Positions 20,363 through 30,262 of a stretch of 64,000 nucleotides of DNA are shown here, one piece after another (the stretch's first letter is position 1; each line of letters begins with the position of its first letter). The notes under the pieces are model-generated. The model saw only the letters and a list, made by a program, of their open reading frames with translations. It searched no databases and was not told the origin of the DNA. Position numbers and translations under genes: made by a program. The DNA is from an uncultured Flavobacteriales bacterium (lineage in GTDB: Bacteria; Bacteroidota; Bacteroidia; Flavobacteriales; UBA7312), in assembly GCA_913041085.1 (NCBI GenBank), contig CAJWHN010000001.1, positions 10,992 to 74,991 on the forward strand. Reading direction: 5' to 3'.

Positions 20363-21424
20363 ATGCATAGAGTACTTATACTTTTCTTTTTAAAGTTAAG
20401 TGTTCTAGGATATTGTCAAAATCTTCAAATCTGTCTTAGCGATAGCCTAGAATACTTTTCTGTTGTACCGAGCTCATCAACAAATTCGCTTGAATGGGAG
20501 TTTGTTTATGGAGATGGTGCAGAAATTGTCGATGGGCAATTTTCGGATAGTATAAGTGTTCTTTTTTCCAACCCTGGAGATTATATTTTACAATTGCGAG
20601 AGTTCGGCTCAACCAATTGTTTTACATCAGTAGAAATGAATATTTCGGTAAACCCTAATCCTTTAGCTAGTTTTTTTAGTGATGAGATTTGTATTTACGA
20701 TTCTGTTAAATTTATCAATACTTCTATTTCTAGTGATGGTTTACAATCTTCTATTTGGCGTATTGGTGATGATATAATCGATGCTATTGATTTGAATTAT
20801 ACCTTTAATGAGGAAGGCGAGTACCTTATAGAATTGTCTGTTGTCAGTAATTTAGGATGTTCTGATATGGAGTCTTTGTTCTTTAAGCTTTCTGATAAAC
20901 CAATTGCTGATTTTTATCATTTTCCTGAGAAAATCACTACGCTAAACCCTATAGTTGAATTTGTGAATTTATCAACAGAGGGTTTTGTTAATTGGGATTT
21001 TGGTGATGACTTTTACTCTAATGAATGGCAACCAATTCATTATTTTGATTTAGCAGCTTGGTACGATGTGCAATTGACCTTAGAAGATGAAAACGGTTGC
21101 ACAGACTCTATTACGAAGAGTTTATTAGTTGAAAGTGAGCTTATTTTTTACTTGCCTACATCTTTTACCCCAGATGGAGATGGCATAAACGATGATTTTG
21201 GCATAAAAGGATTCAATATCGATAGGGTGCAAGAGTTTTCTATGGTTATAACTAATAGATGGGGCGAAATTATATTTAATGTAGATGATATTAATCAAAG
21301 GTGGAATGGCGAGAACCAAGTTGGAAATTTAGCAATGCCAGGCACTTATTTATGGTCTGTTCGTATTAAAGATGAATTAGGTAAGCAGACTAGGCAAATA
21401 GGAGAAGTTACTCTGTTGAGGTAA
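20363..21424 (+). CDS. T9SS type-B CTD protein with PKD domains (gene D), paralog of the C-terminal roughly 350 aa of gene A
   Basis: Signal peptide GYC|Q; WDFGDD PKD motif; LPTSFTPDGDGINDDFG...NRWGEIIF...GEVTLLR. Confidence 0.88.
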   Translation: MHRVLILFFLKLSVLGYCQNLQICLSDSLEYFSVVPSSSTNSLEWEFVYGDGAEIVDGQFSDSISVLFSNPGDYILQLREFGSTNCFTSVEMNISVNPNPLASFFSDEICIYDSVKFINTSISSDGLQSSIWRIGDDIIDAIDLNYTFNEEGEYLIELSVVSNLGCSDMESLFFKLSDKPIADFYHFPEKITTLNPIVEFVNLSTEGFVNWDFGDDFYSNEWQPIHYFDLAAWYDVQLTLEDENGCTDSITKSLLVESELIFYLPTSFTPDGDGINDDFGIKGFNIDRVQEFSMVITNRWGEIIFNVDDINQRWNGENQVGNLAMPGTYLWSVRIKDELGKQTRQIGEVTLLR

Positions 21425-22042
21425 TTATCTTAAATCAATAACATCTACATTAGGGTAGTCAGCAGTTTTAAACAAAAAAAAATTGTTATTCATTTCTTTA
21501 TTTGTTACAAATGAATCAATAACGTATTTAAAGTGGCTACCTTGTTTGTCAATCATAGTAAATGAGCTGATTTGCATCTTAGATTTGTTTATGAATAACT
21601 CCACTTTTGTAAAAGGACCACTTTCTTCAGGAAATAAATCGATGTGGTAGTTTTTACCATCTTCTCTCACAAATTTATACTTGTATCCATTTTCATAAAT
21701 AGTAAAAATTTTAGATGGGTTTAATTCATTTTCTTCATCATCAATTTCTGTAATATTTACTTCTTCTTCATCTGGAAGGTAAATCCAATTTGTTTCTCCA
21801 TCGCAAATGATTGTTTGCGCTTCCATTTCTAGCCTATATGCATCGTCTTTAAGATATAGTGTTCCACTTTGCGACTCATTAATATCTGTTACCGTACTAG
21901 AAAAGGTATTAGTAAATTTTGCCTCTATTGAGGTGTATGATTTGGTCTTATCACTTAGTTGGTCTAAAATAGTTTTGGCTTTTTGGTCTTGTGCAAAGAT
22001 TACACAAGGAAAGAGAAATAGGAAATAAATTAGCTTTTTCAT
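21425..22042 (-). CDS. lolA: Outer-membrane lipoprotein carrier LolA family protein
   Basis: Signal peptide IFA|Q; GTLYLKDDAYRL, DGETNWIYLPDEEEVNI, NPSKIFTIY; immediately downstream of ftsK. Confidence 0.85.
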   Translation of the reverse strand: MKKLIYFLFLFPCVIFAQDQKAKTILDQLSDKTKSYTSIEAKFTNTFSSTVTDINESQSGTLYLKDDAYRLEMEAQTIICDGETNWIYLPDEEEVNITEIDDEENELNPSKIFTIYENGYKYKFVREDGKNYHIDLFPEESGPFTKVELFINKSKMQISSFTMIDKQGSHFKYVIDSFVTNKEMNNNFFLFKTADYPNVDVIDLR

Positions 22043-22045
22043 AAT

Positions 22046-24382
22046 TTAATTTGGGTTGTTTAATTGGTTTAATACTTCTTCTAACGCCATTTCATCACGA
22101 ATTAGTACTTGACGGGCTTTACTTCCTTCAAAAGGACCTACAATTCTAGCTGTTTCCAGTTGGTCAATAATTCTTCCAGCTCTATTGTAGCCTAGTTTTA
22201 ATTTACGTTGTATGAGTGAAGTAGAACCAGACTGATGTTGCACGACAACTCGTGCTGCTTGTTCAAACATAACATCTCTGTCATCTAAGTCAGCATCTCC
22301 AGTGCCACCCTCAGCATCTCCAACGTATTCAGGTAGTAAAAAGGCTTCGGGATAAGCTCTTTGGTTGCCTATGAAATCGGTGATTTTTTCTACTTCTGGA
22401 GTGTCAATGAATGCACATTGCAATCGTATTAAGTCACTGCCTAGAGAAATAAGCATATCACCACGACCAATCAATTGGTCGGCACCTCCAGCATCTAGAA
22501 TTGTTCTAGAGTCAATTTTTGACGTTACTCTAAAAGCTACACGTGCAGGGAAATTGGCTTTAATAATTCCTGTAATCACATTTACAGACGGGCGTTGAGT
22601 AGCTACTATTAGATGTATTCCAATAGCTCTAGCAAGTTGTGCAAGTCGTGCAATTGGTGTTTCTACTTCCTTACCGGCTGTCATAATAAGGTCAGCAAAT
22701 TCGTCAATAACTAAGACGATATAGGGTAAGTATTTATGCCCGTCATTAGGGTTTAATTTTCTAGCAATAAATTTCTTATTGTATTCAACTATGTTTCTGC
22801 ATTGAGCATTTTGAAGTAAATCATAGCGTTGATCCATCTCTATACACAAGGAATTGAGGGTATTAATTACTTTCTTGGTGTCAGTAATGATTGCCTCTTC
22901 GGAGTCTGGTAGTTTGGCTAGGAAGTGTCTTTCTATTTTGTTGAATAATGTGAGTTCTACTTTCTTTGGGTCTACCAATACAAATTTGACTTGCGCTGGG
23001 TGTTTTTTGTAGAGTAATGATGCTAATATGGCGTTCAAACCAACCGATTTACCTTGACCTGTAGCTCCTGCCATTAAAAGGTGAGGCATTTTGGCTAAGT
23101 CAGCGACAAAGGTTTCGTTTGAAATTGTTTTACCAAAAGCAACAGGTAATTCCATTTCAGAGTTTTGAAACTTATCTGATGATATTACAGCTTTCATAGA
23201 TACTGTTGCTGGTTTTTGATTGGGCACTTCAATACCAATAGTTCCTTTACCAGGGATAGGGGCAATGATACGAATACCTAAGGCCGATAAACTAAGTGCA
23301 ATATCGTCTTCTAAGTTTTTGATTTTAGAGATTCGCACACCAGCTTCTGGAACAATTTCATAAAGCGTTATGGTTGGTCCAATAGTTGCACTAATAGATG
23401 AAATACCTATTTTATAATTGGCAAGTGTTTCGACAATTCTATTTTTGTTGGCCTCCAATTCACTTTTATCAATTTCTATTTTACCAGAGCCATAGTCATT
23501 TAATAAGTTTACTGAAGGTATTTTATAATTAGAAAGATCAAGCTTAGGGTCATAATCACCAAGTTCTTCGAGTTTTGTTTTGATGTCTTTTTGACTCAAA
23601 GTATCTTCCTCATTGACGTGAACTTCAATTCCTAAATCATTAATTCCATCTTGTTTTATGTTTGGCGTAATTTCTTCTTTCTTATCTTCTGTTTGCTGAT
23701 TAACTGTTTGACTAATCTGCTCGATAATTGGTTCTTGTTCTTCCTCCTGAAAATCTACTTCTTTGGATAAGCTTAATTCTTCATCAGCTATTTCATTATT
23801 TTCTGTCATTTCTTCCTTGTCATCACTGGTTTTATTTAATTTAAATTTTGGATTAAATCGTATAATGATGAAAGTTAATAAGGATAGAAAAATAAAAAAT
23901 CCGTTTCCAATTTTTCCTATTCTCAAAGCTAGAAATTCATTCATTTCACTGCCAAACACTCCACCTAAAATTGAAGGAGGTGTGAAAAAGCCAAAGAATA
24001 AAGAAATCCAAACTATAGCAAGAATGCCAAGTGAAAAGCCTCTTTTTATAGAAAATAATGCCTTGTCAAAGACGAGTGATAAGCCCCAATTGAAAAACAA
24101 TAGAGGAAAAATGAAAGAAGAAATACCAAAGTAATTACGCAAAAATAAATGCGAGAAAGTATTTCCAAAAACTCCACCAAAATTGCTAATGTCATCAGTT
24201 AGCTTACCTGTCTTGTCTTGGTCAATATTTCCGTTGAGTATGTAGGAAACAAAAACTACGAATATATAAATGGAGAAAAATAGAAATATAAAGCCAATTA
24301 TCTTTTTCGTTCTATCATCTTCAATTTTAAACTTTTGTATGAGGCGTTTAAAGATATTTTCTTTTGTCTTTTTCTTTTTCAT
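22046..24382 (-). CDS. ftsK: DNA translocase FtsK (minus strand; track label is wrong)
   Basis: CAT at 24380-24382 and TTA at 22046-22048; N-terminal TM region; PHLLMAGATGQGKS, VIDEFADL, ATQRPS, LKLGYNRAGR gamma domain. Confidence 0.97.
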   Translation of the reverse strand: MKKKKTKENIFKRLIQKFKIEDDRTKKIIGFIFLFFSIYIFVVFVSYILNGNIDQDKTGKLTDDISNFGGVFGNTFSHLFLRNYFGISSFIFPLLFFNWGLSLVFDKALFSIKRGFSLGILAIVWISLFFGFFTPPSILGGVFGSEMNEFLALRIGKIGNGFFIFLSLLTFIIIRFNPKFKLNKTSDDKEEMTENNEIADEELSLSKEVDFQEEEQEPIIEQISQTVNQQTEDKKEEITPNIKQDGINDLGIEVHVNEEDTLSQKDIKTKLEELGDYDPKLDLSNYKIPSVNLLNDYGSGKIEIDKSELEANKNRIVETLANYKIGISSISATIGPTITLYEIVPEAGVRISKIKNLEDDIALSLSALGIRIIAPIPGKGTIGIEVPNQKPATVSMKAVISSDKFQNSEMELPVAFGKTISNETFVADLAKMPHLLMAGATGQGKSVGLNAILASLLYKKHPAQVKFVLVDPKKVELTLFNKIERHFLAKLPDSEEAIITDTKKVINTLNSLCIEMDQRYDLLQNAQCRNIVEYNKKFIARKLNPNDGHKYLPYIVLVIDEFADLIMTAGKEVETPIARLAQLARAIGIHLIVATQRPSVNVITGIIKANFPARVAFRVTSKIDSRTILDAGGADQLIGRGDMLISLGSDLIRLQCAFIDTPEVEKITDFIGNQRAYPEAFLLPEYVGDAEGGTGDADLDDRDVMFEQAARVVVQHQSGSTSLIQRKLKLGYNRAGRIIDQLETARIVGPFEGSKARQVLIRDEMALEEVLNQLNNPN

Positions 24383-24394
24383 TCAATAGGAATT

Positions 24395-25174
24395 CTACCA
24401 ATTTATTTTTTCTTTATTGAGAAAGGAGTCAATACCTTTTTTGCAGTCTTCATTAACTCTAGCTTTTGCATTTTCTTCTACAGCAAAATCAAGACCATCT
24501 TCTAGCGACATGCTTTGCAGATTGGCTATCAATTTTTTAGTGCTTGCTAGAGATTGTTGAGAGGCTTGACGGCATAATTTTTCGGCTATTTCTAGTACTA
24601 CTTCATCTAGTTTATTGCTAGTTACGGCTTCATTTATCAATCCAATACTTACCGCTTCTGTAGCTGATACAGTTTTTCCAGTAAGCAGTAATTCTTTAGT
24701 TTTACTTTCGCCGATTTTTCGTAGTAAAAACACACTTACTATAGCAGGGATAAATCCAATTTTGACCTCAGAATAGCCTAATTTAGCATTATCTGATGCA
24801 ATGGATAAATCACAAACACTAGCCAAGCCACAACCACCTGCTATGGCGTGTCCTTGTATTTTTGCGATGACTACCTTTTCTAAGTTATAAATTTGTTTAA
24901 ACAACTGCATTAGACTTGACGAATCGGCAACATTTTCTTGGTGAGAAAAAGATTGTAAGGATTGCAAGTATTTCAAATCGGCACCAGCGCAAAACGCTTG
25001 GCCCTGTGCTTGTAATACAATCACTTTACATGATTCATCTTTTTCGGCAGTTTCAAAAGCAATTTTTAACTCTTTAACAAGCTGAGGATTTAGAGCATTT
25101 CTTTTTTCAGCTCTAACCATAGTGATGAAGCCAATTCTATTTTCGCAATAGTATGTTACAAATTTATCTTTCAT
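24395..25174 (-). CDS. Enoyl-CoA hydratase/isomerase family protein (methylglutaconyl-CoA hydratase-like)
   Basis: CAT at 25172-25174; FCAGADL, GHAIAGGCGL, SEVKIGFIPA. Confidence 0.85.
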   Translation of the reverse strand: MKDKFVTYYCENRIGFITMVRAEKRNALNPQLVKELKIAFETAEKDESCKVIVLQAQGQAFCAGADLKYLQSLQSFSHQENVADSSSLMQLFKQIYNLEKVVIAKIQGHAIAGGCGLASVCDLSIASDNAKLGYSEVKIGFIPAIVSVFLLRKIGESKTKELLLTGKTVSATEAVSIGLINEAVTSNKLDEVVLEIAEKLCRQASQQSLASTKKLIANLQSMSLEDGLDFAVEENAKARVNEDCKKGIDSFLNKEKINW

Positions 25175-25193
25175 TTTAGATTGAAATACTCTT

Positions 25194-25270
25194 CAAATAT
25201 ATTCAAATTTATGGGTGCAAATAATATCATCATTAAGATTTTATTAAACCCTAAAGTATAGTTAAATTTG
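25194..25270. promoter_or_regulatory. Divergent promoter pair: TATATTTG on minus (25194-25201) and TAAATTTG on plus (25263-25270)
   Basis: Both match TAnnTTTG and point at the flanking divergent genes. Confidence 0.65.
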
Positions 25271-25287
25271 CGACTCATTGAAAAAAG

Positions 25288-26202
25288 ATGATAGCATTAA
25301 ATTTACACAATGAAACCAATCCGTTAGAGGCTGTTGTTCTAGGTTTGCCAGATAGTTTTGGCGGCACACCTAAACTCGAAGATTGCTATGATCCAAAGTC
25401 CAGAGAACACGTTTTGAAAGGCACTTTTCCTACACAGCAAAATGTTATTAACGAGATGAATGCGGTCAAATCGGTACTTTTAAAGTATAGCGTAGAGGTT
25501 TTTCGACCAAGGAATATTGAGGGTTTAAATCAAATTTTTTCAAGAGATATAGGTTTTGTTATTGATAACAAATTTATTGTGCCTAATATCATTGACGATA
25601 GGAAAGAAGAAGTCTCAGCCATAGACACATTAATAGAGAATATAAGAGCTGAAGATATCGTCCCAATGCCTAGTGATGCAAGAGTAGAAGGTGGCGATGT
25701 AATGTTGTGTGACGACTTTATATTTGTGGGTTACTCAGAAGAATCGGATTTTCATAAGTATCAAGTGGCAAGAACTAACAAAAGCGCAGTTGATTTTTTA
25801 CAGCATTCTTTTCCTCATAAAAAAGTAAAAAGTTTTGAACTCAAAAAATCAGATGTCAACCCTAAAGATAATGCCTTGCATTTGGATTGTTGTTTTCAGC
25901 CTGTTGGACAACACTATGCTATTATGTACAAAGCGGGTTTTAAAAACCAATCAGATGTAGATTTTTTAATTAACCATTTTGGAGAAGACAACATCATATT
26001 TATCAGTAGAGATGAAATGTATCAAATGAATTCTAATATTTTTTCTATCTCACCTCAAGTTGTGATATCAGAAAAAGGTTTTGAAAGATTAAACAAAGAA
26101 TTAAGAAATAAAGGAATTACAGTAGAAGAAGTACCCTATGCTGAAATAGCAAAGATGGAGGGGCTTTTGCGCTGTTCAACACTACCATTGAGAAGAAAAT
26201 GA
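25288..26202 (+). CDS. Amidinotransferase / arginine deiminase-DDAH superfamily protein
   Basis: QIFSRDIGF, VEGGDV, LHLDCCF, C-terminal GLLRCSTLPL. Confidence 0.85.
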   Translation: MIALNLHNETNPLEAVVLGLPDSFGGTPKLEDCYDPKSREHVLKGTFPTQQNVINEMNAVKSVLLKYSVEVFRPRNIEGLNQIFSRDIGFVIDNKFIVPNIIDDRKEEVSAIDTLIENIRAEDIVPMPSDARVEGGDVMLCDDFIFVGYSEESDFHKYQVARTNKSAVDFLQHSFPHKKVKSFELKKSDVNPKDNALHLDCCFQPVGQHYAIMYKAGFKNQSDVDFLINHFGEDNIIFISRDEMYQMNSNIFSISPQVVISEKGFERLNKELRNKGITVEEVPYAEIAKMEGLLRCSTLPLRRK

Positions 26203-27134
26203 GTCAAATAACACAGCACATACTAATGATTCAGCCAGTAAGTTTTCGCTTTAACGAACAAACTGCTGTAAACAATTACTATCAAAAAGTATTGGACGGT
26301 TTGTCACCTCAAGCCACTCAAGAAAAAGCTCTTTCAGAGTTTAATGCCTTTGTTGATAAATTACGTTCCAAAGGTGTTAATGTAATTGTATTTCCTGATA
26401 CTAAAGAGCCTGATACACCAGACTCTATTTTTCCAAATAATTGGGTGTCTTTTCATCGAGATGGAGGTATAGGATTGTATCCTATGTGTGCTGAAAATAG
26501 ACGTACAGAACGTAGAGAAGATATTTTTGATATCTTGGTAGATGATTATGGATTTCATATCGAGCAGATACACGACTTTACCGAATTTGAAGAATACGAT
26601 AGGTATTTAGAGGGAACAGGTAGTATGATACTAGATAGAGAAAATAAATATTGTTATGCTGCTATTTCTGAAAGAACAGACGAACAGGCAGTAATTCAGT
26701 TTTGTGATGTTTTTGGTTACAAGCCCGTTTGTTTTACAGCTAATCAAGATGTCAATGGTGAACGATTAGCGATTTATCATACTAATGTAATGATGTGTGT
26801 AGCAGATAATTTTGCAGTGGTTTGTCTTGATACCATTGATGAAATAGAGGAGCGTACTCACGTTATAGAAGTGTTAGAAGAAACCAATAAGGAAATCATA
26901 GAAATATCAGAAGAACAAAAACAACATTTTGCTGGTAATATGTTGCAGCTTATGGGTGATAAGCCTTATTTAGTAATGTCAGATTCTGCCTACAATAGTT
27001 TAAGTCCAGAACAGATTAGTCAGATTGAAAAGCATTGTCCAATAATTCACAGCTCATTGGATACCATTGAGGCTTGTGGTGGTGGTAGTGCAAGATGCAT
27101 GATGGCAGAAATATTTTTACCCAAATCTAAATGA
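26199..27134 (+). CDS. ctlX: Citrulline utilisation hydrolase CtlX family (amidinotransferase fold)
   Basis: TPDSIFPNNWVSFH, LEGTGSMILDR, IYHTNVMMC, GGGSARCMMAE; ATGA overlap with the upstream gene. Confidence 0.85.
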   Translation: MSQITQHILMIQPVSFRFNEQTAVNNYYQKVLDGLSPQATQEKALSEFNAFVDKLRSKGVNVIVFPDTKEPDTPDSIFPNNWVSFHRDGGIGLYPMCAENRRTERREDIFDILVDDYGFHIEQIHDFTEFEEYDRYLEGTGSMILDRENKYCYAAISERTDEQAVIQFCDVFGYKPVCFTANQDVNGERLAIYHTNVMMCVADNFAVVCLDTIDEIEERTHVIEVLEETNKEIIEISEEQKQHFAGNMLQLMGDKPYLVMSDSAYNSLSPEQISQIEKHCPIIHSSLDTIEACGGGSARCMMAEIFLPKSK

Positions 27135-28903
27135 TAGAGCAAGAATTACATAAAGTTATAGAGTTAGCCTTACAGTCACTTTATCAAGGTGATAACACTA
27201 ACCTTCAGTTTCAAAAAACAAGAAAGGAATTTGAAGGAGATGTGACTTTAGTGGTTTTTCCCCTAACAAGAGTTTCAAAGAAAAGTCCAGAGCAAACTGC
27301 TGAGGATATTGGTAAGTATCTGAAAGAAAACGAAGCACTCGTTACCGATTTTAATGTCGTTAAAGGCTTTCTAAATATAAGTATTGATAACTCCTTTTGG
27401 CTCAAGCAATTTCAAACTGCTTTTGATTCAGAGAACTTCGGTTGTGTTGAACATTCAGACGATTCACCAATACATTTGGTAGAATTTTCATCTCCAAACA
27501 CCAATAAACCCCTTCATTTGGGGCATATCAGAAATATTCTTTTGGGAGCATCTGTTTCTCAGATTTTACAAGCAGCAGGAAAAAAAGTAAAACAGGTACA
27601 AATCATTAACGATAGAGGGATTCATATCTGTAAGTCTATGGTTGCTTGGTTGGAGTATGGAAATGGAGAAACCCCTGAGTCCACTCAGATGAAAGGGGAT
27701 CATTTTGTCGGCAAATACTATGTCATTTTTGATAAGCATTATAGGGCAGAACAACTTGAATTAGTGGAAAGTGGTATGTCTAAAGAAGATGCTGAAAAAC
27801 AAGCACCATTATTTAAAAAAGCTCAAGAGTTGTTGCGTCAATGGGAGGCCAAAGATGCTGAGGTAATAGCACTATGGGAGAAAATGAATAATTGGGTTTA
27901 CGATGGTTTTGCTTCGACCTATGATAGAATAGGTGTTGAATTTGATAAGAATTATTACGAAAGCGACACTTATCTTCTTGGAAAAGCTGTTATACAAGAA
28001 GGCTTAGACAAGGGAACATTCTTCAAGAAAGACGATGGTTCAGTCTGGATAGATTTAACAGAAGATGGTCTTGATGAGAAGATTTTATTGCGTTCTGATG
28101 GTACTGCCGTATATATGACTCAAGATATTGGTACTGCTATACAGAGGCATCAAGATTTTGATTTTTCTCATATGGCATATACGGTAGGTAACGAACAGGA
28201 CTATCATTTCAAGGTATTATTCTTAATCCTTGATAAATTAGGTTACGATTGGGCACAAAACTGCTACCACTTATCCTATGGTATGGTAGATTTACCTTCT
28301 GGCAAAATGAAATCTAGAGAAGGCACTGTTGTTGATGCCGATGACTTGATGCAAGAAATGGTAGATTCTGCCAAAGCTATTGCTCAAGATTTAGGAAAAC
28401 TTGATGGTATGGACGACTCAGAGTCCGAATTGCTTTATGAGAATATTGGTCTGGGAGCCTTGAAATATTTTATGCTTAAGGTAGACCCTAAAAAACGTAT
28501 GTTATTTGACCCCAAAGAGTCCATTGATTTTAACGGCAATACGGGTCCATTTATTCAATACACTCACGCTCGTATTCAAACTATGGTTAAAAAGTACAAC
28601 AAAGAAGTTAACTATACTCTAGAGGGGCTAGAACTAACGGAGAAAGAAAGAACACTTATAAAGCAGATAAACGATTTTCCAACTATCATTCAAGAGGCTG
28701 CTAACTCATACAGTCCAGCATTAATAGCCAACTATGTGTATGATTTGGTTAAAGAGTTTAATGGTTTTTATCAGAATGTTCCTATCTTGATTGGCGAAGA
28801 TAAAAACCAAGTTGCATTTAGAATAGCACTCTGCCAGATGGTAGCTCGAGTAAGTAAAACAGGTATGAAATTATTAGGGGTAAATGTTCCCGATAGAATG
28901 TAA
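27131..28903 (+). CDS. argS: Arginyl-tRNA synthetase
   Basis: SSPNTNKPLHLGHIRN (HIGH-like), NDRGIHICK, GKMKSREG, GNTGPFIQY, C-terminal VPDRM. Confidence 0.97.
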   Translation: MIEQELHKVIELALQSLYQGDNTNLQFQKTRKEFEGDVTLVVFPLTRVSKKSPEQTAEDIGKYLKENEALVTDFNVVKGFLNISIDNSFWLKQFQTAFDSENFGCVEHSDDSPIHLVEFSSPNTNKPLHLGHIRNILLGASVSQILQAAGKKVKQVQIINDRGIHICKSMVAWLEYGNGETPESTQMKGDHFVGKYYVIFDKHYRAEQLELVESGMSKEDAEKQAPLFKKAQELLRQWEAKDAEVIALWEKMNNWVYDGFASTYDRIGVEFDKNYYESDTYLLGKAVIQEGLDKGTFFKKDDGSVWIDLTEDGLDEKILLRSDGTAVYMTQDIGTAIQRHQDFDFSHMAYTVGNEQDYHFKVLFLILDKLGYDWAQNCYHLSYGMVDLPSGKMKSREGTVVDADDLMQEMVDSAKAIAQDLGKLDGMDDSESELLYENIGLGALKYFMLKVDPKKRMLFDPKESIDFNGNTGPFIQYTHARIQTMVKKYNKEVNYTLEGLELTEKERTLIKQINDFPTIIQEAANSYSPALIANYVYDLVKEFNGFYQNVPILIGEDKNQVAFRIALCQMVARVSKTGMKLLGVNVPDRM

Positions 28904-28908
28904 AAGAT

Positions 28909-30252
28909 ATGTTTGAAAATTTATCAGAAAAATTAGAAAAAGCCTTTAAAGTTCTCAAAGGACAAGGTAGTATTTCGGAAATTAACGTAGCACAGACTAT
29001 GAAAGAAATCCGTAAGGCATTGTTAGCTGCCGATGTGGATTTTAAAACCGCTAAACAGTTTACAGCATCTGTTAAGGAAAAAGCTTTAGGTCAGCAAGTG
29101 CTTACTGCTGTTGAGCCTGGTCAATTGCTTACCAAGATTATGCGTGATGAACTCGCTGAATTGATGGGTAGCTCCAAATCTGAAATTAACCTAGATGGTA
29201 ATCCCACAGTAATATTGATAGCGGGATTGCAAGGTTCTGGTAAAACTACCTTTACGGGAAAGTTAGCCCTTCACCTAAAAACTAAGCTAAACAAAAAGCC
29301 TTTGTTGGTAGCCTGTGACGTTTACAGACCAGCCGCTATTGACCAACTAGGTGTATTGGGAGAGCAAGTAGGCGTAGAAGTTTATAAGGAAGTAGAGAAT
29401 AAAAACCCTGTTGAGATTGCTCAAAATGCTATAAAACATGCCAAAACAACCAATCATAATGTGGTTATTGTGGATACGGCAGGTCGTTTGGCTATAGATG
29501 AACAAATGATGAATGAGATAGCTGCTGTCAAGTCAGCCATTAATCCCAATGAGATATTATTTGTTGTGGACTCGATGACTGGACAAGATGCCGTAAATAC
29601 GGCTAAAGCATTTAATGAGAAGTTAAACTTTGACGGTGTCGTCTTGACTAAGTTAGATGGTGACACTAGGGGTGGTGCTGCTTTAACTATTCGTTCGGTT
29701 GTCGATAAGCCGATTAAGTTTATCGGTACGAGTGAAAAGATGGACGGTTTAGACGTATTTCACCCAGATAGAATGGCTAGTCGTATTTTGGGTATGGGTG
29801 ATGTTATTTCTTTAGTTGAAAGAGCACAACAGCAATTCGATGAAGATGAAGCCCGTAAGATGCAAAAGAAAATTGCCAAGAACCAATTTGGCTTTGACGA
29901 TTTTCTAAAGCAAATTCAACAAATCAAGAAGATGGGTAATATGAAAGACTTGATGGGTATGATACCGGGAATGGGCAAAGCTCTAAAAGGAGTGGATATC
30001 GACGATGATGCTTTTAAAGGAATTGAAGCTATGATAAAGTCCATGACTCTTGAAGAAAGAAGTAACCCTAAAATTTTGAATGGTAGCCGAAGAAAACGAA
30101 TTGCCAATGGTAGTGGTACTTCCATACAAGAAGTCAATCAGTTGATAAAGCAGTTTGGACAAATGGGTAAGATGATGAAGATGATGCAAGGCGGTGGTGC
30201 TAAGCAGATGATGCAAATGATGAAAAATAGAGGCGGAATGCCGGGAATGTAA
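28909..30252 (+). CDS. ffh: Signal recognition particle protein Ffh
   Basis: GLQGSGKTT, DVYRPAA, DTAGRL, KLDGDTRGG, Met-rich C-terminal M domain. Confidence 0.98.
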   Translation: MFENLSEKLEKAFKVLKGQGSISEINVAQTMKEIRKALLAADVDFKTAKQFTASVKEKALGQQVLTAVEPGQLLTKIMRDELAELMGSSKSEINLDGNPTVILIAGLQGSGKTTFTGKLALHLKTKLNKKPLLVACDVYRPAAIDQLGVLGEQVGVEVYKEVENKNPVEIAQNAIKHAKTTNHNVVIVDTAGRLAIDEQMMNEIAAVKSAINPNEILFVVDSMTGQDAVNTAKAFNEKLNFDGVVLTKLDGDTRGGAALTIRSVVDKPIKFIGTSEKMDGLDVFHPDRMASRILGMGDVISLVERAQQQFDEDEARKMQKKIAKNQFGFDDFLKQIQQIKKMGNMKDLMGMIPGMGKALKGVDIDDDAFKGIEAMIKSMTLEERSNPKILNGSRRKRIANGSGTSIQEVNQLIKQFGQMGKMMKMMQGGGAKQMMQMMKNRGGMPGM

Positions 30253-30262
30253 TTAAAAACCA

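Noticed and set aside
17989-21424. Genes B, C and D as a pseudogenised (broken) duplicate of gene A
   Set aside because: Each piece has its own complete signal peptide with Gln at +1 and a clean start context; the breaks carry inserted signal-peptide sequence rather than simple frameshifts or nonsense codons, and B has a unique intact head domain
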